Under the pieces are notes generated by a model. That model did no database searches and was not told the DNA's origin. It saw only the letters and a list, made by a program, of their open reading frames with translations. The position numbers were made by a program, and so were the translations under genes. 64,000 nucleotides of DNA from a virus: the IMG/VR virus record IMGVR_UViG_3300030019_000008. The stretch is one strand, 5' to 3'. Position 1 is the first letter of the stretch. Each line of letters starts with the position of its first letter. Positions 1 to 9,375 of the stretch are shown in pieces.

Positions 1-243
1 TTCATCACCGGTGATCTTTTTGTGCTTGAGCGACGGATTGATGCAATAGACGACATCATTCATCAAGACGTATCCGTCATTCGAGCCTTCAGCTTCGAAA
101 TTCTTGTTCATCAATTCGATGGCGTTGTAGAAGGCGGACTTCTTTTCCGATTCGCTCTTCACGATTTGCCTGATGACAGTTCCGTTCATGCGGCCGTAAT
201 ACAGAACGACTTCATCTTCATCGAACCCAGTCTTATTTCCCAT
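1..243 (-). CDS. hypothetical protein, 5' part (runs off window edge)
   Basis: ATG at 243 with AGGAGA RBS upstream; frame open to position 1 (MGNKTGFDEDEVVLYYGRMNG...); translated by hand, absent from ORF track. Confidence 0.7.
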   Translation of the reverse strand, partial: MGNKTGFDEDEVVLYYGRMNGTVIRQIVKSESEKKSAFYNAIELMNKNFEAEGSNDGYVLMNDVVYCINPSLKHKKITGDE

Positions 244-271
244 CTTAAACCTTTCTCCTGATAAGGGGTAG

Positions 272-297
272 TCTCTCCTCCAGATAAGGAGGAGAGA
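272..297 (-). terminator. hairpin, probable intrinsic terminator
   Basis: TCTCTCCTCC-AGATAA-GGAGGAGAGA 10-bp stem just downstream of 312..1559. Confidence 0.6.
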
Positions 298-311
298 TAT
301 TTTCCTACCTG

Positions 312-1559
312 TTAGATCCGTCCACGGCCGCGAGGACGGTTGTCGTCGAAGTAGCGAGAGCTGCGTTCATCGCGAAAACCACTGCGAGAATCACGTCGAT
401 CATCACGCTGAGGGCGATCACTGCCGCCGAACAGCTCAGAGATCGAACGAGGGCGCTCAGGCTCGCGTTCCCGCTCACGTCTGTCATCGCGGAAGCTGCG
501 ACCGTAGTCACGTTCACGACGGTCATCTCGGTAGTCACGATCATAGCCGCGCGTCTGCTCGCGCTGTCTCATAGCTTCAGACAGCGACTGCGGACGTTCC
601 ACCGGAGCTTCACGAGCAGCAACTGAAGTACCTGCCGGGGATACCGGCGAAGTTCCGGCTACTGCAACAGCCTGCTCTTCACCGCCGCGACCGTCATTAC
701 CAGCCTGCATCGGAATCCGCATGGCTTCCTTGGCAATTTCACCGGTGTCCTGGATCTTGGTGCTCCAGTCACAATCGATGATGTATTGCTTGGAGTCTTC
801 GAAAACGTTTGCGAAGCGCTCGATGACGGTATTGACCTGACCAGCCAGGCCACAGACAGTTCCCAGAAGAGCCCGTAGGAATGGAGCCTGATCACTCATG
901 GTTCCATGCGAGTAACTGTGTTCCACATCACAATCCGGGAAGATGTAGAGCATGATGGCCTTGAGCATCTCCCGATCTTTGACACGCAGCTTCACCCCGA
1001 AAGTTGTTTCCTTTTCGAGTTCAGCCATGATCGGGAACGTAACGATGCCGGCACGACCATACTTCTTGCCGTCCTTGAGCTTCGGGTTCCGGTTCAGGTA
1101 GATGTGAACGAACTTGGGACCGTCCGAGTCAGCATCAACAATCTTCTTGAATGCTGCGCAACTCTTTTCATTCGCATCCTTGGTGATCGTCATGAACTCG
1201 AGTTGTTCGCCCCGCAACTGAGCGTGCTCCTTTTCAGATGCGGAGAGTTCGAGTAGCTTACTGATCATGCAGGCGATGCCATCTTCCAGACGGATGGCGA
1301 ATGCCTTCGTGAGACGATCGAGAACTTCGCTCGGGCCGCGAGAGAGATTCTCGCTGAACGGATGGAAGATCACAGTGGCTTCCGGATCTCCGTTATCGAG
1401 TTGTTCACGAGTAGGAAGGACAATGCGCTTGCCGCCGATGGTGGCAGGGTTGATTTCACCGTCAATGGTTTTCAGAGACAGATTGCCTTCCTTATCGGAG
1501 ATCAGGTTGGCCGAGACTGCAATCTCTTCATACAACTTAACCAAATCCATTTCTTGCAT
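312..1559 (-). CDS. conserved Chimalliviridae core protein (phiKZ gp70-like by synteny) with R/D/E-rich disordered C-tail
   Basis: 415 aa; directly downstream of PicA-like gene in the nucleus/nvRNAP block. Confidence 0.65.
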   Translation of the reverse strand: MQEMDLVKLYEEIAVSANLISDKEGNLSLKTIDGEINPATIGGKRIVLPTREQLDNGDPEATVIFHPFSENLSRGPSEVLDRLTKAFAIRLEDGIACMISKLLELSASEKEHAQLRGEQLEFMTITKDANEKSCAAFKKIVDADSDGPKFVHIYLNRNPKLKDGKKYGRAGIVTFPIMAELEKETTFGVKLRVKDREMLKAIMLYIFPDCDVEHSYSHGTMSDQAPFLRALLGTVCGLAGQVNTVIERFANVFEDSKQYIIDCDWSTKIQDTGEIAKEAMRIPMQAGNDGRGGEEQAVAVAGTSPVSPAGTSVAAREAPVERPQSLSEAMRQREQTRGYDRDYRDDRRERDYGRSFRDDRREREREPERPRSISELFGGSDRPQRDDRRDSRSGFRDERSSRYFDDNRPRGRGRI

Positions 1560-1573
1560 TCCTTTCTTGTATG

Positions 1574-3082
1574 TTAGATACGGCCAAAGCCACCAGCGTT
1601 CGGAACGAGAATGCGGCTAGTCGGTTGACTGTTGTCAACATCATAACCAGTGGAGTATCCGACCGCATGATCGATGATGGTGTTGAGATCCCCGGCAATG
1701 CCCAAAGCCCGCTGCTTGTCAGCAGTGACGATAGGCACCAGCAGCGAATCAGCGAACGACGGCACGGAAAACTCATACTCGATATCGCCATTGAGACTGA
1801 TGAGAATCAGCGAATCACCAAGCAGATCGCAGTGCACGAAGATCTTGTAGTCGAACGCATTATTCCTCGAGATATCGGGAAGAATCTCACGTTCGATGCT
1901 GGTCAGCAGCATGGTCAGCAACTGATTCTGAGCATCCCTCACCAGACCCTCATAGTTACTGAGAGTAGCGATGTGCTCACGTTCGAAGTTTCGGTTCGTT
2001 GCCTGCATATCCAGGATCATGAAGCCGTACTTCGACATCGCTGCCGGGATAGCCTGCGCCAACATCGTGGCTGCGATGTGGACATCGTTACGACCATTCC
2101 AAGACGCACCTTCTCCCGACTGGGAATGGAAATAGGTGCTGTTGTCATGAAGACTACCGGGAGTGGCCAGGTCGGTGTGATCCAGTGCCCGAGGATCGAG
2201 GTCTACCAGATCCCGAATCTGGAAGTTGTTATTGGCTACCGTACCGCGAAGATTTGCGATAGCGGCCAAGAACGGATCACTCGTTGCAACCATGTCCGCC
2301 GCATAGCTGCGCGCATTTTCACACACCTCGTCATGTTCAGCAGTCCATCCGGTGTCGATGTTGGCGATTTTGTAACTACTGAGCAGCTTGGACAGGAAGT
2401 TCGATGACTCCCCATTGAAGCGATTCGACTTGACAGCCACACCCGTTGCGAGAGAGGTGGTGTCAGTCAGATCCACGTCACCATCGGTCGTGTTGAAGAA
2501 GCGGCTTTGGTGCATCAGCGGGAACACGTCTTCCGGCCGCATCCGATCCAGGTGCCGTTGATCGAAGATGGATGTGAAGTGGTTGTCGCAGAGTAGATGG
2601 CTGTTGTCCACCACCTGAGTTGACGTACGAATGCCCATCGGGGTGGGGCAATCGATGTTCTTCACCTGGATGATGGAGTTGATGTAGAAGATGGTTTCCG
2701 GCGCAATGACTGCACCACGGCCGGAGTGTGACCGCACTGCGCCCTTGAAGTCCGTATAGCCTTGAATGATTTCTTGGCAGTTGCCCGCCAGACCACCGCG
2801 CACATTGACGACCAACATGAAGGTATTGCGTTCTTCACCCCAGCCATTCGCGATGTCAACTTCACCTTCAACCAAAGATGAAGGAGCCAGGATTGTCGAT
2901 GCCACACCCGACAAAGTGGACGGAGTGATGGTGATGGAGTTCTCAACGCGATCACGGACATCGTTGATTGCTCCAGCGTCATTCGTAATGGTCTCGAAGG
3001 GCCGCCTGAATTGATCCCGATGCCGACCAGACTCACGAACGATGAAGTCCTGAACCTGGATATTTTGTCTTGCCATTTTCAC
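1574..3082 (-). CDS. picA: phage-nucleus protein import factor PicA/Imp1 (phiKZ gp69-like)
   Basis: 502 aa; immediately follows the sigma-like nvRNAP subunit (4-nt overlap) in the ChmC-gp68-gp69-gp70 order; synteny and size only. Confidence 0.7.
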   Translation of the reverse strand: MKMARQNIQVQDFIVRESGRHRDQFRRPFETITNDAGAINDVRDRVENSITITPSTLSGVASTILAPSSLVEGEVDIANGWGEERNTFMLVVNVRGGLAGNCQEIIQGYTDFKGAVRSHSGRGAVIAPETIFYINSIIQVKNIDCPTPMGIRTSTQVVDNSHLLCDNHFTSIFDQRHLDRMRPEDVFPLMHQSRFFNTTDGDVDLTDTTSLATGVAVKSNRFNGESSNFLSKLLSSYKIANIDTGWTAEHDEVCENARSYAADMVATSDPFLAAIANLRGTVANNNFQIRDLVDLDPRALDHTDLATPGSLHDNSTYFHSQSGEGASWNGRNDVHIAATMLAQAIPAAMSKYGFMILDMQATNRNFEREHIATLSNYEGLVRDAQNQLLTMLLTSIEREILPDISRNNAFDYKIFVHCDLLGDSLILISLNGDIEYEFSVPSFADSLLVPIVTADKQRALGIAGDLNTIIDHAVGYSTGYDVDNSQPTSRILVPNAGGFGRI

Positions 3083-4614
3083 TGTCCTTTCGATCTATCG
3101 ATGCAGTCGATCACAAAGTTAGCGATTAGCGCCTTCAGGTTTGTTGGGATCTGAAGAACTCGCCTTTTTGACTGCAATTCCATTTGCTCACGCCACTGAT
3201 CAGGTAGTGTGGTGATCCACTCAAGCGAGATGATTTGCTTGAACAGTTCATCAATACCGGCCATCGCAGTGCTTTCAATCTTTTCAGTCCTCACCCCCTT
3301 AAACCGATTGTCATATGGGAAGTACTTCTTCAACTTCAATGCCGTTTCAGCCGAGATACGACTATCGACATTAATGTTTCTTACCACGCTACCATCGATG
3401 TCGGCAGGATAAGATCCCACCAGGGCTGCAAAGAAGTGCTGGCCTCGTTTCCACAGAATCGCTTCTGTGACTGAGATCAGAACGACTTGCTTGAGGATAG
3501 GCAGGTCGGGAATCGCCCTGGGTCTGATGTGATCCTTGAGCACGTTCTGAACGATTGCCATCTGAGGACGCATGATGGGTCTGTCGATCAAGCCACCGGA
3601 TGACTCCAGTGCCTCCTCGTACAAACTCCATTCCAAATCCGGCTGCACATCCGCGATTGCTCGCCGCGCATCAGCGTACCAGGCATTGATAGACCTGATA
3701 GTCGGTGCAATGTTGTCGTGAGCCGGATAGCTCTCGAGAATTGCAATCTTGTCTTCATCATCACCACGGCCTTCGAAATCCTTGACACGGATTCCGTCAC
3801 TGTAGTTATTGTCAGCACGGTTGATGATCCCACGAATGTACATCGAGATGAAGGAAACAATGTTCCCCTTCTCAGACATACCCGTGATATCGCCGATGGC
3901 CAGACGCCTGACAACCACTCGCGCCAGTGTGAATTCGACATGGTCTTCACTGCCCACGCCATCGATCACCTTACTCATATCCTTTTTATCGGACTGAATG
4001 TTGTAGGCAACGTAATTGCGCAGTTTCTCCATCTCAGAGGACTTGTAGATTGCAGACTCTGCAATAAGACGGAATGCATAGAACTCTTGGAAAGAACACT
4101 TCATGCTCTTCGTCTTGAGTTCATTCTTACCACGCCACATGTACTCACCCCAGATAGGGACAAGTGCACGCATTGCGATAGCCATACTGATCAGGCGGCG
4201 GTAGTCAGGCTTGAGATACGTGCCTGCTTCCGTAAAGAAATGTTGGTCCGCATTCAGACTTGTTTGTATTGACGACGGTATGTGAATGCGTGAGTCGTAA
4301 ACGACCCAGTGGTGAATCCGGTCCAAGTCATGGAACTTGTCCAGAATCTGCGCAATGAGAATGCGCAATTCGCGATGCAGAGCCTCGGTTGTTTCCGCGA
4401 CATCCAACATCACACGGACTTTATCGTACAGTCCATACAACTCATCTTGTTCTTCAGCGGATAGTTGAGTCCTCCAATACTCGTTGAGAAGATAGAACAC
4501 ATCGGCATCGACCTTCTTGAGTTCAGTGGTGTCGTACTTACCATCTGCCCAAGTAGAACTCTGACCTTTATGCAATGCTTCGATCGCCGTGGCTGGCGAA
4601 TAACGAATTTCCAT
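3079..4614 (-). CDS. non-virion RNA polymerase promoter-specificity (sigma-like) subunit, phiKZ gp68-like
   Basis: 511 aa, helical; between ChmC-like and PicA-like genes; early-type promoter upstream. Confidence 0.72.
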   Translation of the reverse strand: MEIRYSPATAIEALHKGQSSTWADGKYDTTELKKVDADVFYLLNEYWRTQLSAEEQDELYGLYDKVRVMLDVAETTEALHRELRILIAQILDKFHDLDRIHHWVVYDSRIHIPSSIQTSLNADQHFFTEAGTYLKPDYRRLISMAIAMRALVPIWGEYMWRGKNELKTKSMKCSFQEFYAFRLIAESAIYKSSEMEKLRNYVAYNIQSDKKDMSKVIDGVGSEDHVEFTLARVVVRRLAIGDITGMSEKGNIVSFISMYIRGIINRADNNYSDGIRVKDFEGRGDDEDKIAILESYPAHDNIAPTIRSINAWYADARRAIADVQPDLEWSLYEEALESSGGLIDRPIMRPQMAIVQNVLKDHIRPRAIPDLPILKQVVLISVTEAILWKRGQHFFAALVGSYPADIDGSVVRNINVDSRISAETALKLKKYFPYDNRFKGVRTEKIESTAMAGIDELFKQIISLEWITTLPDQWREQMELQSKRRVLQIPTNLKALIANFVIDCIDRSKGQ

Positions 4615-4670
4615 CTTTACTCCAGATAAAAATGAAACACAGAACTTGATACCTAATGCATCACAGTTGA

Positions 4671-4687
4671 GTAATGAGTGTCTGAAA
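4671..4687 (-). promoter_or_regulatory. early-type phage promoter (TTTCAGACACTCATTAC)
   Basis: one of 9 intergenic copies of TTTCAnnCACTCATTAC; resembles phiKZ early TATATTAC element. Confidence 0.75.
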
Positions 4688-4720
4688 TTGTTTTGAGTAG
4701 GGATTGTATTAAGAGGGGTG

Positions 4721-4755
4721 CCTGGTCTGCAGGCGTGTGAGCATTGCAGACCAGG
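4721..4755 (-). terminator. hairpin after ChmC-like gene
   Basis: CCTGGTCTGCA...TGCAGACCAGG 11-bp stem. Confidence 0.55.
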
Positions 4756-4765
4756 TAGTCATGAC

Positions 4766-5518
4766 TCAGTCGAAGAAACTGTCGGCAGCACCGCCGGCGT
4801 CATTGTCGAAGCTGTTGCTGGCGGGTGCTCCACCGCCGTTGTAACCGCCTCCATTACCACCACCGGAGCGGTTTCCACCATTACCGCCACCGTACCCACC
4901 GCGATTGCCGCCATTGGGATCACGAGGTTCGGGTTCCTTGTACTCGGTCACGTGGATCTGAGCAACTAGTTGGCGAATCAGCGCCACCCAGGACTTGGCA
5001 TAGAGAGCCGAGAGTTCGCCCTTGGAATAGGGAGTTCCATCCTTGTGCTTGTAGCTGAAGAATGCCTCACCTTTGTTGTCAGTAGCCGGGCCGAAGGGGA
5101 ACTTGATGCGAGGACGTTCCTTGTCGAAGGAGCAGACCGAGACCCAGATCTCACCGTCTTCTTCCCGGCCGACATAGACCGTTGCTTGAGTGACCGGCTT
5201 CTCAGAGCGCTGGCCTTTCGGGAAGATGTAGTTGCGGGTCTCGAAGCAATCGGCCCAGGCTTCCTTCGTGTGGATGGCTTTCTCGATCAGGCTGAGGAAA
5301 CCTTCGAATGCCACGGAGTCCAGGGATGCGAGGATCTGGCCGCCCTTATTACGCTCGGTGGCATCGGCCACGACGTTCGTGTAGACGACCAGCCGCGGGT
5401 TGTTCGAAACGAAGCCAACGGCCAACGTTGCCTTCTTGTTGTCGATGTTGTTGGCGGAGAGCTTGAGCTTGGGGTTGTCGAGTGCGTTTTTCTTGCGAGG
5501 TGCGAAATTGCCGGCCAT
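4766..5518 (-). CDS. chmC: nucleus-associated nucleic-acid-binding protein ChmC-like
   Basis: 250 aa; folded N-domain plus Gly/Asn-rich disordered tail (GGNRGGYGGGNGG); directly upstream of the gp68-like subunit; GC3-rich codons. Confidence 0.75.
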   Translation of the reverse strand: MAGNFAPRKKNALDNPKLKLSANNIDNKKATLAVGFVSNNPRLVVYTNVVADATERNKGGQILASLDSVAFEGFLSLIEKAIHTKEAWADCFETRNYIFPKGQRSEKPVTQATVYVGREEDGEIWVSVCSFDKERPRIKFPFGPATDNKGEAFFSYKHKDGTPYSKGELSALYAKSWVALIRQLVAQIHVTEYKEPEPRDPNGGNRGGYGGGNGGNRSGGGNGGGYNGGGAPASNSFDNDAGGAADSFFD

Positions 5519-5532
5519 GGCTTGTTTCCTTG

Positions 5533-6375
5533 TTACTTGAAGGCACGAATGTTATCCCCGAGGAACTTATTCTTCAGGGAACCAATATCGGAGATGATCT
5601 TCTCATCGGTGGTGATGCTGCTCCATCGTCTGTTTTTTGCCAGTTCGACAATCTCAGAGCGAGCACTACCGAGCATCGGGTGAAATGATTCACTATCCCC
5701 AAAGACCGGCAGCAGTCTTTCTGAGAATGGAATCATCGGCAGTTCCTTTCCATTTGTGTACTTGGTATGCCATGTGTCCCGAGCTTTGATAGTGCCGGTA
5801 TGAGACTCTAACAGATCGAGCTTATCGAATGCTTTGTATCCAAGCAGATCATAGGCGTGGTGAGTAATAATTAACGCACGTGCACGTCGTTGAGTCTTGA
5901 TCTTCAGATCAAACACCCGGATATCCACATCCCTATCTTCACGGAAGGTAGCAAGTAACAACTTGATAGCGCCATTCAGATGAGCTGTGTACTGCTTTTG
6001 TTTATCCGTTCTGTCCTTTCTGACAATGGCTCCCTTATACCGGCGATCCACGTCTGCATAGTTCGAGACATAGAACACTGGATGGATTTGACTACTAACA
6101 TCCCTCAGGATGCCAGTAATCGAGATGATCTCATGATAGAGAGCCTGAGAATAGTCATCAGCAGATGCTTTGAATTTCTGATCAGAGGGAAGAGACCCCG
6201 CCATGTTTCTGAAAAGAGTGCGGATGTTGAACCAGATCTCATCGTAATTCCCAATCACTGATGGCTTGGGGTTCGGATTTGCTTCAGATTCAATACCGCA
6301 CGCATACTCAAGAGCGATGCTCGTGGGTACAGAGATAGGAAAAGCGCCAGTGGCACGAGATCCAAGATTGTCCAC
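5533..6375 (-). CDS. conserved core hypothetical protein (phiKZ gp66-like by synteny)
   Basis: 280 aa between SbcD and ChmC-like genes. Confidence 0.65.
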   Translation of the reverse strand: MDNLGSRATGAFPISVPTSIALEYACGIESEANPNPKPSVIGNYDEIWFNIRTLFRNMAGSLPSDQKFKASADDYSQALYHEIISITGILRDVSSQIHPVFYVSNYADVDRRYKGAIVRKDRTDKQKQYTAHLNGAIKLLLATFREDRDVDIRVFDLKIKTQRRARALIITHHAYDLLGYKAFDKLDLLESHTGTIKARDTWHTKYTNGKELPMIPFSERLLPVFGDSESFHPMLGSARSEIVELAKNRRWSSITTDEKIISDIGSLKNKFLGDNIRAFK

Positions 6376-6384
6376 CTATGCCTC

Positions 6385-7515
6385 CTATTTGTAATCGTTT
6401 ATCAACTGAGCACACCTGCACACAAAGTCCTCTTCAAACCCAGACGAACGAATCCTATCCGCCACCAATTCCGTCACTGAATCAGCAGTGATGATGATGG
6501 GGTTGTATTCCGCATTCTTCAGATCCAGAAACTGTTCCTGACCATCGGCATCATCTTCACTCACTTGCTTTTTAGACCAGCGGTAAAGAGTGTGCTCCTG
6601 AACCAACAAAGGCATGTTGGCAAATACAGGATGAGATTCATTAGCTTTTACGCGAACGAATGATCCAGCAGGTAAGTCAGCTACTCGCTCACGGATGTGT
6701 TCAAGTGCCTCATCGACATCCATATCGGAACAGTCAATTGTGACAAACCGCATTGCCCCCACATTCTCAATGAACTTAGCGCTTCTAAAGCCTGGTCGAA
6801 TAGTGGCTCGCACATAGCCTTTCGCCTCTTCCTGACCTTGTCGGAGACGATCAAATGATCCTTGAGCGATGATTCGATCATAGGTTGAAAAGGTGTGGAT
6901 GTGTCCTACGAAAATGTACTCCTTGACAATTGACAAGTAGTTATCTTCGATGTGGTTCAGATGCTGCTCATTCCCAACAGCCTGGTATGCAAATTGACCA
7001 TGCATGATTGCATAGTCTACTTTCTGCAACCCTTTCTCTTCCAACAGACTGATAACGGATTCAAAAGTTTTGTTCGGGCCACCTGGTAGTTCGTCAGGAA
7101 CATAAAGTACATTGATGCCGTGTCTTTCAATGTACTCCACGGATAGTTCTGTTACGTGCTTAACATCAGCACCAATCCTGGATAGCTCATTGATCTTCAC
7201 AAACCTCTTGGATTGCTTCCAGTCATGACTAGGAGTACCTTCCAGAACACGGAGAATGATATCGTGTTTCTTGCAAAGTCTCAGAAGGTGTGTAATCCAA
7301 AAGTCGATCTCGTGAACTGCATCATCGGGCAAAGAGAGCAGTCGATCGAACACATCTCCAGCAATGAAGATAATGTCCAGCTCGGCTAGATCAGCTGCAT
7401 TACTAAAAGCTCTTTTCAAATTCTGAATGATGCGAACAGCAGGATTATCAGGATGTCCTAAATGGATATCCGATATTGATGCAATGTCGAGCTTATTAAG
7501 CCCGGACACATTCAT
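6385..7515 (-). CDS. sbcD: SbcD/Mre11-family metallophosphoesterase nuclease
   Basis: motifs SDIHLG, AGDVFD, GTPSHD, MHG, GHIH, GSF. Confidence 0.9.
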   Translation of the reverse strand: MNVSGLNKLDIASISDIHLGHPDNPAVRIIQNLKRAFSNAADLAELDIIFIAGDVFDRLLSLPDDAVHEIDFWITHLLRLCKKHDIILRVLEGTPSHDWKQSKRFVKINELSRIGADVKHVTELSVEYIERHGINVLYVPDELPGGPNKTFESVISLLEEKGLQKVDYAIMHGQFAYQAVGNEQHLNHIEDNYLSIVKEYIFVGHIHTFSTYDRIIAQGSFDRLRQGQEEAKGYVRATIRPGFRSAKFIENVGAMRFVTIDCSDMDVDEALEHIRERVADLPAGSFVRVKANESHPVFANMPLLVQEHTLYRWSKKQVSEDDADGQEQFLDLKNAEYNPIIITADSVTELVADRIRSSGFEEDFVCRCAQLINDYK

Positions 7516-8087
7516 AGCGGACTGAACCCATCGATCTCTTCATCATTGTGTTCAACACTCTTGGCGATGCCTGCTTTGGATTGAGCGCCGGATGTGATGC
7601 CGTACCGGTCGAAGATGCTTTTCCATTCAGCTTCGATCTTGGGAGTGATGCTCGTATCAACCATGTCAAGTGCCACTTGATGGAAACCATTGTTCATGAT
7701 CTCATTGGCTTTTACCGGGTTAACGGAATTGAACCGCTTGACCGTGGTGATGAGGGTAGAGACATCGAGGCTGCGCTCTTTGTTTCGACCATTGATCGCG
7801 AAGGTGTCGACACTATACGTGGCAGGCACCACGAAAAGCGGATTGCCTCCATCGTCAACTACCTGAACCGGGTTGTGAACACCACCCGCCAGATTGAGCC
7901 AGATGCTCAGTTTTTCTTGAAACGGTTCTTGGCCGGCAAAACACGGCAGGAAATACTGCTTGAAAACTTCCTCGGAGATTCTGGCATCGGGGACTTCCGA
8001 GTTTGCCAGAATCTCTCGGGCTGAGCTCATGAGTTCATTATCGAACTGTATGGCTGCCGGTGTGTAATCATTCGTGTTATTGCCCAT
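7512..8087 (-). CDS. conserved core hypothetical protein
   Basis: 191 aa, coupled to sbcD; in nucleus gene block. Confidence 0.75.
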   Translation of the reverse strand: MGNNTNDYTPAAIQFDNELMSSAREILANSEVPDARISEEVFKQYFLPCFAGQEPFQEKLSIWLNLAGGVHNPVQVVDDGGNPLFVVPATYSVDTFAINGRNKERSLDVSTLITTVKRFNSVNPVKANEIMNNGFHQVALDMVDTSITPKIEAEWKSIFDRYGITSGAQSKAGIAKSVEHNDEEIDGFSPL

Positions 8088-8096
8088 GACAAAATC

Positions 8097-8498
8097 CTAA
8101 TTAACCAAATTGATGATCTTCGAGATAATGGTACCAGTGGTCTCGAACTGTTTGCAAAACGAATACTTTTCACCATCCTGCACCACAGTTGCAGAAAGCT
8201 TGATGTAGACCTTGCCGCTGTCATCGGTACAGCTGCAATCCACATCTGCACTGTCGAAGTGACGCGCCAGATAACGATGCATCACCGTTTGAATTTGTGT
8301 GCCAAGCGAGAGAGGGTCGTGTTGGTATTTAGCCAACAAAGCTGGAAGAGATGCGACGTTGCCTTGATAGAAGAAAGTCTGCGCCTCTTCACTGGCATAG
8401 AAATGCGAAATAAGAAAATCGCACTTTGTGGGAACGTCCTTTACCCATCCAGCTGCTGAAAGAGTAGGAACTGCTGCTGTAGGCATAATAAACCCCAA
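8097..8498 (-). CDS. conserved core hypothetical protein
   Basis: ~130 aa, operon-like spacing; start may be the internal ATG (MPTAAVPTLS). Confidence 0.7.
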   Translation of the reverse strand: MGFIMPTAAVPTLSAAGWVKDVPTKCDFLISHFYASEEAQTFFYQGNVASLPALLAKYQHDPLSLGTQIQTVMHRYLARHFDSADVDCSCTDDSGKVYIKLSATVVQDGEKYSFCKQFETTGTIISKIINLVN

Positions 8499-8504
8499 AC
8501 GAAG

Positions 8505-8539
8505 AAAAAAATAATGCCTCCCTTTCGAGAGGCATTATT
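8505..8539 (-). terminator. intrinsic terminator
   Basis: AATAATGCCTC...GAGGCATTATT stem followed by T-run on minus strand. Confidence 0.75.
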
Positions 8540-8541
8540 GG

Positions 8542-9174
8542 TTAGAGACTTGCGTCCCAGATACTGGTTGGATCACTCTCTCCGCGCTTGAGGAACATCT
8601 CAGCATTCGCCCAAGCATTCAGGATGTCGGCTTGCTCACGCACATCGAGCTCACGATCATCCTCAAACAGAGGATCATCCCACTGAGTAGCTGTCCACGT
8701 ACCATCCTCGTTGTCGACTGCAATGCCCTGCATCACACGGCGGTAATCGTAATGATTCTCGCCAATGTCATCCGGATGATAGTCAACATACGTCGTGGAG
8801 AAGCCATCACACAATTGAGCATGATAACGTTCCCGCAACGCAATGTTGCTCATCAGCCAGCGCTGCATCACAGGAGCAGCCTGCTGGATATCCTCCAGCA
8901 GATACAGCGGCTTGATGACGTCTTTTTGCATGCAGTGACCCAACTGGCTCACTACTGCTCTGAGGCGACGCATTGCCGTGGAGCTATTGAAACGATCATA
9001 AACCTCACGAGAACGTTCGAAGAACGACTCCATCCCCTTATTGAGCAGCGGGGACAGACTATCGATCCTTTCTTGTTGACGTTCCAGAAACTCTAATCCG
9101 GCATTTGTTTTCTCACCGAATACTCGGTAGCGAAAGACGTCATCGCCGCCTTCCACCAATCCGATTTCATACAT
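8542..9174 (-). CDS. conserved core protein (phiKZ gp59/Imp3-like by synteny)
   Basis: 210 aa, RBS AAGGAG; first gene after nvRNAP beta' exon 2. Confidence 0.6.
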   Translation of the reverse strand: MYEIGLVEGGDDVFRYRVFGEKTNAGLEFLERQQERIDSLSPLLNKGMESFFERSREVYDRFNSSTAMRRLRAVVSQLGHCMQKDVIKPLYLLEDIQQAAPVMQRWLMSNIALRERYHAQLCDGFSTTYVDYHPDDIGENHYDYRRVMQGIAVDNEDGTWTATQWDDPLFEDDRELDVREQADILNAWANAEMFLKRGESDPTSIWDASL

Positions 9175-9192
9175 CGCATCTCCTTTCGTTCA

Positions 9193-9375
9193 TTAACGCC
9201 CACGTTCAAACCACCTGGCAAGAGTGGCTGCAAACGGTTTGGGAGGCGATATGGACCGACTCAATTGCCTGGGTGCATCAACCGAGATGACGTTGCGGTG
9301 AGGCAGCATCGACATCATCTCTTTCGTGGTATACCTATCGAGCGTCATCATGGCTACCATCTGGTCTCCATCGAA
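9193..9375 (-). CDS. nvRNAP beta' subunit, exon 2 (60 aa, FDGDQMVAMMTLDRY...WFERGR)
   Basis: starts with FDGD, which completes the catalytic ADFDGD when joined in frame to exon 1; TAA at 9193-9195. Confidence 0.9.
   Translation of the reverse strand, partial: FDGDQMVAMMTLDRYTTKEMMSMLPHRNVISVDAPRQLSRSISPPKPFAATLARWFERGR

Noticed and set aside
1-243. Edge ORF as the nvRNAP beta subunit expected from synteny
   Set aside because: The 81 visible residues show no RNAP motif; left as hypothetical
5533-6375. PIN/5'-3' exonuclease call for the gene next to sbcD
   Set aside because: Only vague resemblance; the first catalytic Asp position reads Asn, so it cannot be supported without a profile search
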